DNA of 56,043 nucleotides from Patescibacteria group bacterium (GTDB lineage: Bacteria; Patescibacteriota; Minisyncoccia; Phycocordibacterales; Phycocordibacteraceae), in assembly GCA_018971045.1 (NCBI GenBank), contig JAGWVF010000008.1, forward strand, positions 1 to 56,043, given 5' to 3'. Positions within the stretch are counted from its first letter, which is position 1. Each line of letters opens with the position of its first letter. This document shows positions 17,485 to 27,317 of this stretch, piece by piece. Made by a program: the position numbers and the translations under genes. The notes under the pieces were generated by a model. That model was not told where the DNA came from, searched no databases, and saw only the letters and a list, made by a program, of their open reading frames with translations.

Positions 17485-19129
17485 TTTCAAACGAGTAACG
17501 CCCGTGCAGCGCGTGGAAGACCGGCGAGAGCCTGTCTCCCGGGGTCGTCGCGAACGCTTCGTGCACTTCATCCAGAACGGCGAGCGGGACGAGATGAGCG
17601 AAGTCAGAGCGCGAGAGCTTCCCCAATTCTGAGAGTTCTTCAAGATGCTTCACGATCGTCGAGGGAGCGACGCCGCGGTCTTTCGCCGCTTCGCGAAGCG
17701 TCGTCGCGTCTCGAACCGTCTGCAGCGTCTCCGCGAGCCGTCCGGGCAGTCCTTTCGTTGCGGCGTTTCTTTTTCTGTCTTTAGCTTTTCCGCTTCGCTC
17801 GCTTTCGTCTTGAAACGCGCCTCCGCAAGCCTTGACGAACTTCTTCTGCATCATGCGAACGTCTTCGGCTGGCAATTGTCCGAAAGCGTCTTGTGCCGCC
17901 TCCGAAGCAGAACGAAAGTCTCGGTCTCTTTCGAGGATCTCCGGATGTACTTCGAGCGCGCGCTGGTTGAGTCCGGTGAGGTAAACGCCCGAGAGCCGCC
18001 GTACGCGAGAGAGTGCGACGTATCCCTGTCCGTATTCAAATGCTCGCGAGAGGTCCATGACCGCCGCGTCCATACTCATGCCTTGGCTCTTATGGACCGT
18101 CATCGCGTAAGAGAGCCGGAGCGGGATCTGTGCGACACTCGCCTTGACCTTGCCTTGCTCTTCAAGCTGCCACTCCATCGGCTCGGCGGTGAGGCGTCCG
18201 CCGTCATGTGTCTCCACGATGGGCATCCCGTCACTACTCCAACCGACCACCGTGCCAAGCGTACCGTTCACAAATTTCCCTTGCGGCGAATTCTTCGTAA
18301 ACATGACCGCAGCGCCCTCTTTCAGCTCGAGCACTTCGGGAGAAAGACATCCGCGTTTAAGACCCTCGACCAGCGTATCCTTTCCTTTTGCGCTCATGCG
18401 AAAGGCCTTCACCGTGCCCGGGAGCTTGGCAAGTTCGGCGGCGTTGATGCGATCGACGTCGGCATTGTGCGAGAAGAGCTTGGGCGCGCTTTGCGGCAGA
18501 TCGACGGGCTCGGTATGACGCGCGAGAAGCTGCTCGCGATGCAGCTCCTCAATCTCTCCTGAACGGATCGCCGAGAGTACGCTGAGAAAATCGGCATCGT
18601 CTTGGCGAAATTGTTCGGTCAAGTAACAGGTGATGAAATTCAACTCGCGCCACACGGGCGAGGCGTAGGAGAAGACCGCCTCCTTGCCGTGCGACACCGG
18701 CGGTAATTGGAAGAAATCGCCGACTGCGATTACCGTGAGCCCGCCAAACGGCAGGGCGGTGCGCCGCACCTCGCGGCAGATCGCGTCAGCCATTTCGAGA
18801 GTCGCCGCCGAGAGCATCGATACCTCTTCGATAATGAGCACTCTGGCCTTCAATATCCGCCGCGCGACGTGCTCCTTGCTCGCGATGCGGTCGACATCGG
18901 CGCACGAGAGCGACTCGCTGATCCCGATGCCGCTCCATGCGTGGAGCGTCATCCCGCCTACGTGCGTCGCGGCGATACCGGTCGCCGCGGTCACGGATGG
19001 CTCGATGCCCGAGGCGCGCAGCCAGGCGATAAAAGCGTTAATCGTGTGCGTCTTTCCACTCCCCGGCTCGCCGGTAAGAAAGACGTTCGCACCCGTCTTT
19101 AAAATGGTAAGGGCCTCGCCTTGGGTCAT
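17441..19129 (-). CDS. PIF1-like SF1B helicase with C-terminal HTH
   Basis: GEPGSGKT, EEVSM, GDFFQLPPV, QFRQ, YAMTVHKSQG, YVALSR motifs. Confidence 0.9.
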   Translation of the reverse strand: MTQGEALTILKTGANVFLTGEPGSGKTHTINAFIAWLRASGIEPSVTAATGIAATHVGGMTLHAWSGIGISESLSCADVDRIASKEHVARRILKARVLIIEEVSMLSAATLEMADAICREVRRTALPFGGLTVIAVGDFFQLPPVSHGKEAVFSYASPVWRELNFITCYLTEQFRQDDADFLSVLSAIRSGEIEELHREQLLARHTEPVDLPQSAPKLFSHNADVDRINAAELAKLPGTVKAFRMSAKGKDTLVEGLKRGCLSPEVLELKEGAAVMFTKNSPQGKFVNGTLGTVVGWSSDGMPIVETHDGGRLTAEPMEWQLEEQGKVKASVAQIPLRLSYAMTVHKSQGMSMDAAVMDLSRAFEYGQGYVALSRVRRLSGVYLTGLNQRALEVHPEILERDRDFRSASEAAQDAFGQLPAEDVRMMQKKFVKACGGAFQDESERSGKAKDRKRNAATKGLPGRLAETLQTVRDATTLREAAKDRGVAPSTIVKHLEELSELGKLSRSDFAHLVPLAVLDEVHEAFATTPGDRLSPVFHALHGRYSFETIRLVRLMRQRVSP

Positions 19130-19169
19130 TCAGATACTCTACCAGACCAAGGACGGCCCCGGCATCGCG

Positions 19170-19643
19170 CTATTCGATTGGAGACTCGAGGCGGCGTGCG
19201 GCAAGAATCGCCGCCAGGAAAGCGGCCCCGAAGGCGAGCAGGCCGCGGAAGCACGGCGTCGCCGTCGGGGCGATTCCGGGAGAACAGGTGAACGAGACTG
19301 CGCCGATGACGTGGTAATACGCCGCCGCCTCCATCGACACTACCGAGGCCGCGAAAGCGACGCAGAAAAGCAGGAGGTTCCGGAGATTGCGCTCGCTCAG
19401 ATAGCTGGGGCGGCCGAGAACGAGCGTCGACCAGAACAGGACGATGAGAAAAGCGATCGATCCGTAGAGGCACGACGTGAGAAGCGGATTCGGGATTAAA
19501 AGCTCGTCAAAACGCAATAGCGTCCCATATCGCGCCAAAAAGTCGACGATCTGAGACAGAGCGCTCGACCAAGCAACCACCGCACCGACGAAGAGGATGA
19601 GCGTTTGGAGTGCAAGGAGGAGAGTGACGCCGCGCAGTTTCAT
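19170..19643 (-). CDS. Hypothetical 4-TM protein with Cys-containing loop motifs
   Basis: TM helices; related NPLLTSCLYG and PTATPCFRG segments; start ATG 19643. Confidence 0.6.
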   Translation of the reverse strand: MKLRGVTLLLALQTLILFVGAVVAWSSALSQIVDFLARYGTLLRFDELLIPNPLLTSCLYGSIAFLIVLFWSTLVLGRPSYLSERNLRNLLLFCVAFAASVVSMEAAAYYHVIGAVSFTCSPGIAPTATPCFRGLLAFGAAFLAAILAARRLESPIE

Positions 19644-19656
19644 TCGTAAGGGGCGG

Positions 19657-20202
19657 TTACTGCGGGAGCGGCACCGCTCCTGGACAGAAGCTGAAGCCGA
19701 GATTGCGCCCCGCATAAAAACTATTCGTATGCACATCGGTTCCGATGTAATAGTTCAGACTGCACAGCTGACTTTGACTCACGCCAAGCGTTGAAAGCAG
19801 GAAATTCTCGGCCGCGATGCGCATTTGTCCGATTGGTTCCCGCTCAAGAGCAATCGTAAAGAATTGTGCCGGGGTTCGGTAACCGATAGAAAATCCTTGC
19901 GTCGACGTGCCGGTTAGGTAATAGTTTCCCGCATTTGAAGGGTCCGGAAGCGTCATCGTGTTGTGCACGAAATCGTTGGTCACGATCGTGGCGCCCGTTT
20001 GGGTTGGTACAGACATTTTTTGTCCCGTCTGACCGCCTGACGCCGAACCCGAAAAGGCTGGTCCGCTACCCGGAAGCGTTACGGTTGTCGCCGGCTGGGA
20101 TCGCGGTTGCGGCTTCTGGAGAAAGAGGAAATACCAGAGTGTTCCGACCAGAATCGCTCCGAGAAAGAGTATCGCTATCCATCCGGCAAGTTTGATGTGC
20201 AT
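19657..20202 (-). CDS. Membrane-anchored hypothetical protein
   Basis: N-terminal TM, Pro/Thr linker, globular domain with Cys pair; adjacent to the pilin fusion. Confidence 0.7.
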   Translation of the reverse strand: MHIKLAGWIAILFLGAILVGTLWYFLFLQKPQPRSQPATTVTLPGSGPAFSGSASGGQTGQKMSVPTQTGATIVTNDFVHNTMTLPDPSNAGNYYLTGTSTQGFSIGYRTPAQFFTIALEREPIGQMRIAAENFLLSTLGVSQSQLCSLNYYIGTDVHTNSFYAGRNLGFSFCPGAVPLPQ

Positions 20203-20212
20203 ATCGTATTAG

Positions 20213-21223
20213 TTAGCCGCCATATTGATTCTGACACGCAGACATATACGGATCCGTTGCGTATGCTGATTGGAAACTTTGTTGATTCAAGAGGCATACT
20301 GCGGCGGCGGCACTGCACTGGACATTTCCCGCAGCTTGTTCGCATGTGGTAAGCAAGGCTCCGGCAATGGGGAATCCGTTTGAATCAAAAGCATTTTGAC
20401 AATTTAAAGGGCCGCTGACGCCGGCGGCCGAGTAGCACGTAGCATTTTCATAGCAGGCGTGATTGCTTGAAAGCAACACTTGATATGCCCCCGCAGCGGT
20501 CGAGGCCTTCCCGTTCGACGTAGCCTTATTCCAGCTAAAATTGAGGTTGTAAGGCGGATTCGTGGCTCCACAGGTACTCTCTCCCTGCGCAACACAGGCG
20601 AGTAAATTCGCTTGTGTCTGCGAGGCGCCAACTGCCGTAAGTGTCGCAGGGTTACAAGGGCTTCCGGGAGAATTGGACAGCGCTGTCGAGAAATATCCTC
20701 CACCCGGTAGCACGCCGGTATTTCCGGACCCGGCGACGGAAGGGTTCAAGCTCGATCCCGGCGTAGAACCGGCCTGAATGAGGCACATATCATTTGAATT
20801 CCCGGTTATGATATTCGCCCAGTTTGTTGTCCAGTTCGTGCTCGGATCGGGGTGATAGAGCACCGCCATCACTGCGCTCACGATAAGATATCCTGAGAGC
20901 GCGAGAACGATGCCCTTGACGGTATTCCATAATATTTCCCTTGCCTTTTCTATTCCTTCTGGATGAGGGGGGTTCACAACAAAGAGAAATCCGGAATATG
21001 CGATCATAATCGGCGCGACAAAGACGATTGCGAGCGTGATGAGGAGACTGATGATATTATTGATGACGGTGATGAGCATCCCCCAACTCGCCGGACAAAT
21101 ATTACTATCAGGAGGAATAATCGGACCGAGGAATGGGATACCCGCATGTGCGATGCCAGGTATCATTACGATAACCGGAAATAAAATAATCCCTATCAGA
21201 GACAATGACCACCTCTGTTCCAT
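20213..21223 (-). CDS. VirB2/TrbC-like pilin fused to a Cys-rich lysozyme/transglycosylase-like domain
   Basis: Pilin core (I.YSGF.FV...P..IEKAREILWN.V.G.VL.LS.YLIV) then ACVAQGES and STAAGAYQV lysozyme-like motifs. Confidence 0.7.
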   Translation of the reverse strand: MEQRWSLSLIGIILFPVIVMIPGIAHAGIPFLGPIIPPDSNICPASWGMLITVINNIISLLITLAIVFVAPIMIAYSGFLFVVNPPHPEGIEKAREILWNTVKGIVLALSGYLIVSAVMAVLYHPDPSTNWTTNWANIITGNSNDMCLIQAGSTPGSSLNPSVAGSGNTGVLPGGGYFSTALSNSPGSPCNPATLTAVGASQTQANLLACVAQGESTCGATNPPYNLNFSWNKATSNGKASTAAGAYQVLLSSNHACYENATCYSAAGVSGPLNCQNAFDSNGFPIAGALLTTCEQAAGNVQCSAAAAVCLLNQQSFQSAYATDPYMSACQNQYGG

Positions 21224-21340
21224 AAGGATATTATACCTCATAGATAACGAGCGATAGTGATACCTAGGTGAGTTGTTATTGAACAAAATACATAAGGTGG
21301 GGTACCCCCACCTTACTGACCAATCATGGTCGAACACCAA

Positions 21341-21895
21341 TCACCCTTGAAGTTGATAGCGATTCGTGAGTTCAAGGAATTGCGCCTCGTAAATCGCGAG
21401 GGCGCCAACATCATCTCCATTTTCCACTCGACGTACCGCATCCGTCACCATAGCGAAAATTCTCGAAAGTATTGTTTCTCTTTCGCTATCGAGTTGGATT
21501 CTCTCCAAGATCGCTGGTGCAATCTTGTAATAACGGGCGACCAGCAACGGTCCACCCGGCAATGCGCTCATGTAGCCGTCGCGGAACGACCGCAGAACGA
21601 CCAGTTCGTGACAGTCGTCAGCTAGTCCCGCATGATGAACACAAGCCGTCGTCAAATAGCAACCGCTCTTCTGGGATTCAGTGTGAGCATGCCCAGCCTC
21701 GTACGAGGCATTCACTTCCTTCATCTCCGATGTAGTTGCGGTACTCGCGAAAGGAATATCGCGGGCTATGGCGTTGTACGGGAGCTTATATTCACCGCGG
21801 CCAGCATCCCTCTGTCCGTCGTTGTGGGCTTTCACCACCTCATCGTGATGATCTTCGGCGTGCGACTGTATCGAGAGAAAACTAAAGATACCCAT
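21341..21895 (-). CDS. CFI-box-CTERM domain protein
   Basis: GCYLTTAC...ELVVLRSFRD.....G..LVARYYKIAP motif; GGAG upstream of ATG 21895. Confidence 0.8.
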   Translation of the reverse strand: MGIFSFLSIQSHAEDHHDEVVKAHNDGQRDAGRGEYKLPYNAIARDIPFASTATTSEMKEVNASYEAGHAHTESQKSGCYLTTACVHHAGLADDCHELVVLRSFRDGYMSALPGGPLLVARYYKIAPAILERIQLDSERETILSRIFAMVTDAVRRVENGDDVGALAIYEAQFLELTNRYQLQG

Positions 21896-22028
21896 GTCAA
21901 TCTCCAAAAACAAGTCTAGAAACAAATTCTGCAGTACAGCTCGATACTGCATCTTTTTTACTATATCAGAAATATTATTTCGAGTCCATACTTTCACACC
22001 CTCCCGCTATCTGCTACGCTAACGGGAC

Positions 22029-22099
22029 GGGTCCATCGTATAGTGGCAGTACATCGGTCTCCAAAACCGACAGCCCAGGTTCGATCCCTGGTGGGCCCG
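22029..22099 (+). tRNA. tRNA-Trp(CCA)
   Basis: Acceptor GGGTCCA/TGGGCCC, anticodon arm TCGGT-CTCCAAA-ACCGA, T arm CCAGG-TTCGATC-CCTGG; CCA end not encoded. Confidence 0.95.
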
Positions 22100-22145
22100 C
22101 AAAAGCAAGAAACCTGGACTGCTCCAGGTTTCTTGCTTTTGCGGG
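22096..22145. repeat. Perfect 23-bp-stem hairpin starting in the tRNA-Trp 3' end
   Basis: CCCGCAAAAGCAAGAAACCTGGA-CTGC-TCCAGGTTTCTTGCTTTTGCGGG. Confidence 0.9.
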
Positions 22146-22224
22146 AGGCGCAGCGATGTTTTGCCAGCAGGCAAAACCACGAGTCGGGGTCGCGGAAATT
22201 CGCGAGTGACGACGAGCGAAATAT

Positions 22225-22276
22225 CTGGCCCGCCAATGCAAAACCGCCTTTCGGCGGTTTTGCATTGGCGGGCCAG
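22225..22276. repeat. Perfect 24-bp-stem hairpin
   Basis: CTGGCCCGCCAATGCAAAACCGCC-TTTC-GGCGGTTTTGCATTGGCGGGCCAG. Confidence 0.9.
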
Positions 22277-22398
22277 TATGGTGTCTGCACCTCATACGCC
22301 TTCCCAAACCAAGAGTCGAGTCGCGCCAGAGGGTGCGGATTAATCACACGGGTCAGAAACGTCTCGTGAAAAATATCTTTTCTTGTGACATATGAAGA

Positions 22399-22824
22399 TT
22401 ACCGCACCACGATATGCAACTTAGAACGGTCAATGTCCTTCAATATTTCGACAACGGCTGTTGGTTTGATGGTGAATTGATCAAGCTTTTCAACATGAAC
22501 TTCAACAAACTGCGACGAAAGATCACCCGAGAACATTTCCGAGGCTTCGTACATAAAACATATTTCCTGGACTTCTTTATCTGAGGCCGTGTAAAAATTC
22601 TCGATGACTGCACGAAACTCCAATCGACCGACTTGGCTACCCAACTCTTCGTTAATTTCCCTTATGGCCGCATCGTACGAAGATTCCCCTAATTTAACGC
22701 GCCCACCCACCGGAAAAATGTAGCTCTTGGGGCTTTTTTCAAAGATATAGCCCTCTGGTCCTTTAATCAGAACCGCGACTCGGATGTTCAGCATGCGGTC
22801 GTGAACCGGGATGGTCAAATCCAT
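22399..22824 (-). CDS. NUDIX hydrolase
   Basis: Nudix box GGRVKLGESSYDAAIREINEELG. Confidence 0.9.
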   Translation of the reverse strand: MDLTIPVHDRMLNIRVAVLIKGPEGYIFEKSPKSYIFPVGGRVKLGESSYDAAIREINEELGSQVGRLEFRAVIENFYTASDKEVQEICFMYEASEMFSGDLSSQFVEVHVEKLDQFTIKPTAVVEILKDIDRSKLHIVVR

Positions 22825-23080
22825 ATACTAAGTTAGTATATAAAGCGAAACAAAAAACACAAGACTCTGTTGCGAAGACACCCCGTTACTGCTACGGCAA
22901 AGGCATCTTCGGTATCAGCTCAAACACCATCTTCCACTTCAAGATGGTCTGCTCGATAGTGTTCCATTCTAATCGGCGTAAGCCCGCCTTCGGTACGCCG
23001 GAGCGTACCTTTGGCGGGCATTACCCGCCAGGAGCTCGATAACTACTCAGGACAGTCCTTTGTATCTCGAGTCAAACTCT

Positions 23081-23707
23081 TCATGGCCGCCATGCCAATA
23101 TCTTTTCGACGAGCAGGCGCTTGGATTCATTATTCTGGAATTCATGATCACCCCCCACTTCGTCTGCATCGATATGAAGCTTCGGCACCGTAAGAGCAAC
23201 AAGGATGTCGGGACTTTTGTGCGCTCGCATGTATGCCACCGTACTTTGACTGAACGGATTTTGAAACTTATCTTTCTGTGCGTCTTCGTTGAGTGAATCT
23301 ATATACGTGAGTACTACCACGGAGTCGTCATTATCAATCGTTATGAGCGCAAACTGCGCGGCCAAGGAAATATCTCTGCGCTCAAAAAGATAGTATGTGG
23401 CAATAACCGCCGAGAAACTATGTGCGATGAGAATGATGCGGGTGAGTTTCCTTTTTAGACGCGCCGTTTCAATCGCCTCGTCTATACCTGTAAAGTAATC
23501 CTCAATAGACATCGCATTCATATTATGAAGTGCGTCGTGGTGATGTAGAGGATCGTTTGCGAATTGTATGGAAACTACCGAACCGCGCTCTTTGAGAGCG
23601 TTAAAAAGATATTGTACGAATGGCTCATCCTTGCCCCCAGAAATACCTGATATGACGACGTAGAGCGTATCTGATGCGTTATTCTGAGCAAAATTGAACT
23701 GCGTCAT
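23081..23707 (-). CDS. Alpha/beta-hydrolase-like protein
   Basis: IILIAHSFS nucleophile elbow and C-terminal GGDHEF. Confidence 0.6.
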   Translation of the reverse strand: MTQFNFAQNNASDTLYVVISGISGGKDEPFVQYLFNALKERGSVVSIQFANDPLHHHDALHNMNAMSIEDYFTGIDEAIETARLKRKLTRIILIAHSFSAVIATYYLFERRDISLAAQFALITIDNDDSVVVLTYIDSLNEDAQKDKFQNPFSQSTVAYMRAHKSPDILVALTVPKLHIDADEVGGDHEFQNNESKRLLVEKILAWRP

Positions 23708-23756
23708 AAATGATAAGGGGATGCTTTCCCCAAGTCTACCGTGGGGACGGAGTAAG

Positions 23757-24380
23757 TTATCTCTTTTTCGGCGTTGATGTCGCGATTGCTTTAACCATTG
23801 TCGCCGTTGTGGTGGGAAGACCCGAGGGAGTGACTTGCGCTATCGGGACCGGCGGTGTTGACGATGCGGTTGACAGCGAGGTTGATGAGGCGATTGGCGT
23901 CGTTGTCGCTCCTGTCGGAACTATCGGTGCCGATGCCTGCGGCTGAGTTGCCGCAGGCCCCGTCAAGACTCCCGAGATTTCAAATGGCGGCGTAAACGGC
24001 AAGACGATCGGGAATGAAATGATGTCGTAGTAATATGCGGCATAGAGATCGACCACGATGATGATGAGAATGCCTCCAATGACCACCAGCCACTTCCCCA
24101 CGCGGCTGGCGAGACTCGGAGGCGGTGGGGAGTTCTGCAGCGGCCGCGCGGCGGCGGTGACAGTCGCGCGGGTAATCGGGGTACTTACGGTTGTTTGCAT
24201 CGCGATAGGCACTTGTCCTATCACTGATTTTCCGGCACGTGCCGCAGTCACTTGAATAAGCGCTTCTTGCGCGTCGAGCGCCGTCCATCCGCTCTGTACG
24301 AGCATTTTGACGATGTCGCTCTGAGCCATTCCGCCTATATATTGCGCGCGCACGTACTCAAGAAGTTCCGGGGTTACCAT
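23757..24380 (-). CDS. Single-TM hypothetical protein with Ser/Thr/Pro-rich tail
   Basis: Short N-terminal helical domain (ELLEYVR...LVQSGW), one TM, low-complexity C-terminus. Confidence 0.7.
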   Translation of the reverse strand: MVTPELLEYVRAQYIGGMAQSDIVKMLVQSGWTALDAQEALIQVTAARAGKSVIGQVPIAMQTTVSTPITRATVTAAARPLQNSPPPPSLASRVGKWLVVIGGILIIIVVDLYAAYYYDIISFPIVLPFTPPFEISGVLTGPAATQPQASAPIVPTGATTTPIASSTSLSTASSTPPVPIAQVTPSGLPTTTATMVKAIATSTPKKR

Positions 24381-24443
24381 TAGCGCCTATCATAGCACCA
24401 CGGCACCGGACGGCGACGGGATTATCAACGTTTCATCTGCCTG

Positions 24444-24599
24444 CTACTTCTTCACCTCTTTGAATACCACGCGCTTGCGCAAGACAGGGTCGAACTTGAC
24501 GACTTCGATCTTCCGTTCGACGGTCTTTTTATTCTTCCGCGTCCAGATCACGTGTTTGGACTTGGTGGATTTCAGCTTGAGCAAGCGGTCTTGTGACAT
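24444..24599 (-). CDS. rpmG: 50S ribosomal protein L33 (Cys-free form)
   Basis: Manual translation MSQDRLLKLKSTKSKHVIWTRKNKKTVERKIEVVKFDPVLRKRVVFKEVKK*; too short for the ORF track. Confidence 0.92.
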   Translation of the reverse strand: MSQDRLLKLKSTKSKHVIWTRKNKKTVERKIEVVKFDPVLRKRVVFKEVKK

Positions 24600-24626
24600 G
24601 AGTAGAATCTAGCAAATGACGCGGCA

Positions 24627-27302
24627 TTAGGCAACTGCGGCGGAGCTCCGTTTGGCGCGCGAAAGGCGCTTCTTCACGTCAAAATGCGGCTCATCGTTGC
24701 GGATCGAGACGAACACCGTTCCGCCCTCCATCACGCCGTGATCGATCATGAGAGACGCGAGAGGCGTAAGAATCTTGTCCTGAATCGTACGGCGCAAGGG
24801 GCGGGCGCCGTACTGCGGATTGTATCCCTTCTCGGCAAGCCACTGCTTCACCTCCGGAGAGAACGCGAGCGCGATGCGCTTGTGCGACAGGCGCTTCACA
24901 ACCTCCTCCGCTTGCGTATCGACGATCCGCGCAAGCGCTTCCTTCGACAGCACGTCGAAAATGATGATGTCATCAAGTCGGTTGAGAAACTCGGGACGGA
25001 AGTGCTCCTTCAGCGCGCTCAACACCTTCTCCTTGGTCTCCTCGTATCGTGACGCTTCGGTGGCGTCGGCGGTACCAAAGCCGATATGCGCGAGCCGATC
25101 GATAAACTCGCCGCCGATATTGCTCGTAAGCACGATAATCGTGTTTTTGAAATTGACTTTACGGCCCTTGCCGTCGGTGAGGTGGCCGGAATCGAGAACC
25201 TGTAAGAGGATGTTAAAGACTTCGGGATGCGCTTTTTCAATTTCGTCGAAAAGCACCACCGCGTAAGGGCGATGACGGATGCGCTCGGTCAAGGTTCCCG
25301 ATTCCTCATAGCCGACATACCCGGGCGGGGCGCCGATGAGCTTCGCCACCGAGTGCTTCTCCATAAATTCGCTCATGTCGACGCGCACGAGAGCCTCGGG
25401 ATCGTTGAACATGAATTCAGCGAGCTTGCGCGAAAGCTCCGTCTTGCCGACGCCGGTCGGTCCGAGAAAGAGAAACGAGCCGATCGGACGATTCGGATCG
25501 CTAATGCCCACGCGGGAACGCTTCACCGCATCGGTCACTTTCTTCACTGCCGCGTCTTGGCCGATGACGCTCGCCTTTAGCGCTTCTTCCATGCGCGAGA
25601 GCTTGGCCGCCTCTTCTTCAAGCATCCGCGCGACGGGAATGCCGGTCCAGCGCGATACCACCGCGGCGATATCGTGTTCGGTAACTTCTTCGTTCAACAC
25701 GCGGCGTGATTTCTGGAGCGTCTTCAGGCGCTTCAATTTTGATTCCAACTCCTTTTGGATTTGCGGGATCTTGCCGTAGCGGATCTCGGCGACCGTACCG
25801 AGATCCGCCGCCGCTTCGGCGGCATCGGCCTTTACCTTCAGCTCCTCGAGTTCGGTCTTGGCGGCTCGAATACCGACCAGCACTTCCTTCTCATTCTTCC
25901 ATTTGAGCTCGATCTCGCTCGTCTTCTCGCGCAGGTCGGCGACCTCGGTATCGATCACCTTGATGCGCTCTTTGATCTCCTTCGCGTGTTCACCTTCGAG
26001 ATCTTTCTGCAACGCCTGACGCTCGATCTCGAGGCGCCGGATTTTGCGATCCGTTTCTTCGAGCACGGGCGGCTTATTCTCGAGCGCGATTCGAAGTCCG
26101 GATGCCGCTTCATCGATAAGATCGATCGCCTTATCCGGCAAAAAACGATCGGAGATGTAGCGCGAGGAGAGCTCGACCGCCGCGACAATCGCGCCGTCGG
26201 TAATCCGCACGCCGTGGAAGAGTTCGTACTTGTCGCGGAGTCCGCGCAGAATCGCGATACCGTCCTCTACCGTCGGTTCCGATACGAATACCGATTGGAA
26301 GCGGCGCGTGAGCGCGGCATCCTTCTCGATGTATTTCTGATATTCCTTCAAGGTCGTCGCGCCGATGACGCGGATCTCGCCGCGCGCGAGCGCGGGCTTC
26401 AGCATATTGGACGCGTCCATCGAACCTTCCGCGCCGCCGGCGCCGACCAGCGTATGAAGCTCGTCGACAAAGAGAATCACGGATCCCTCGGTGCGCTCGA
26501 CTTCTTTCATCACGTTCTTCATCCGCTCTTCGAATTCGCCGCGGTACTTGGTGCCCGCGATCATGAGCCCGAGATCGAGCGAGAGCAGCTCCTTTCCTTT
26601 CAGCGACTCGGGTACGTCGCCGCCGGCCATGCGCGCCGCAAGCCCCTCGGCGATCGCTGTTTTTCCGACTCCCGCTTCGCCGATAAGGACCGGGTTGTTC
26701 TTCGTCCGGCGCGCAAGAATCTGGATCACTCGATTGATCTCGCTGTCGCGGCCTATGACCGGATCAAGCTTGTTTTCAGAAGCGAGCTTCGTCAAATTGC
26801 GCGTATACTTCGCGAGCGCGCGAAAACGCTTCGGGCTGTCGCCTTGTCCGTCTTTCGAGCTCTTGATCTCTTTCAGAACCGCGAGCGCGGCCTCGCGATT
26901 GATGGAAAAACGCGCTAAGAGATCCGTGACTGGACCCGGATACTCCAGAACCGCGAGAAAGAGATGCTCGGTACCGACGAACGTGTCGTTCATCCGCGCC
27001 GCGATCTTCCCCGACGCTTCAAACGCCTGCGTGAGTTCCGGCGTGAGATAGATCTGGTACGACGGAGAGAGCACCGTGGCGCTCTCAGGCGACTCGAGAT
27101 GTTCAAGCACCGAGTCAGCAAGCATGAGGGTGTCGACCTCCATGCGATCGAGCATCGAGAAGACAAGCGATTCTTCCTGAAGCACCAGCGCCGCGAGCAA
27201 GTGGAGGGGAGAAATGTGGTTCTGCCCGCGCTCGATGGCGAGCTCGTGCGCGCGGCGCACGGCTTCTTTGGCTTTCGTGGTGAAATTGTTAAATGGCGGC
27301 AT
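24627..27302 (-). CDS. clpB: ATP-dependent chaperone ClpB
   Basis: Clp N domain, two AAA+ modules ([16 protein letters not shown]), long M-domain coiled coil with AEIRYG. Confidence 0.92.
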   Translation of the reverse strand: MPPFNNFTTKAKEAVRRAHELAIERGQNHISPLHLLAALVLQEESLVFSMLDRMEVDTLMLADSVLEHLESPESATVLSPSYQIYLTPELTQAFEASGKIAARMNDTFVGTEHLFLAVLEYPGPVTDLLARFSINREAALAVLKEIKSSKDGQGDSPKRFRALAKYTRNLTKLASENKLDPVIGRDSEINRVIQILARRTKNNPVLIGEAGVGKTAIAEGLAARMAGGDVPESLKGKELLSLDLGLMIAGTKYRGEFEERMKNVMKEVERTEGSVILFVDELHTLVGAGGAEGSMDASNMLKPALARGEIRVIGATTLKEYQKYIEKDAALTRRFQSVFVSEPTVEDGIAILRGLRDKYELFHGVRITDGAIVAAVELSSRYISDRFLPDKAIDLIDEAASGLRIALENKPPVLEETDRKIRRLEIERQALQKDLEGEHAKEIKERIKVIDTEVADLREKTSEIELKWKNEKEVLVGIRAAKTELEELKVKADAAEAAADLGTVAEIRYGKIPQIQKELESKLKRLKTLQKSRRVLNEEVTEHDIAAVVSRWTGIPVARMLEEEAAKLSRMEEALKASVIGQDAAVKKVTDAVKRSRVGISDPNRPIGSFLFLGPTGVGKTELSRKLAEFMFNDPEALVRVDMSEFMEKHSVAKLIGAPPGYVGYEESGTLTERIRHRPYAVVLFDEIEKAHPEVFNILLQVLDSGHLTDGKGRKVNFKNTIIVLTSNIGGEFIDRLAHIGFGTADATEASRYEETKEKVLSALKEHFRPEFLNRLDDIIIFDVLSKEALARIVDTQAEEVVKRLSHKRIALAFSPEVKQWLAEKGYNPQYGARPLRRTIQDKILTPLASLMIDHGVMEGGTVFVSIRNDEPHFDVKKRLSRAKRSSAAVA

Positions 27303-27317
27303 AGTATCTCTTATTTA

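Noticed and set aside
22096-22330. Possible CRISPR array
   Set aside because: Only two dissimilar units, no regular repeat-spacer period, no cas genes in the window.
21994-22369. Several 60-117 aa ORFs over tRNA-Trp
   Set aside because: They overlap the tRNA and palindromes; the mirrored peptides arise from the inverted repeats.
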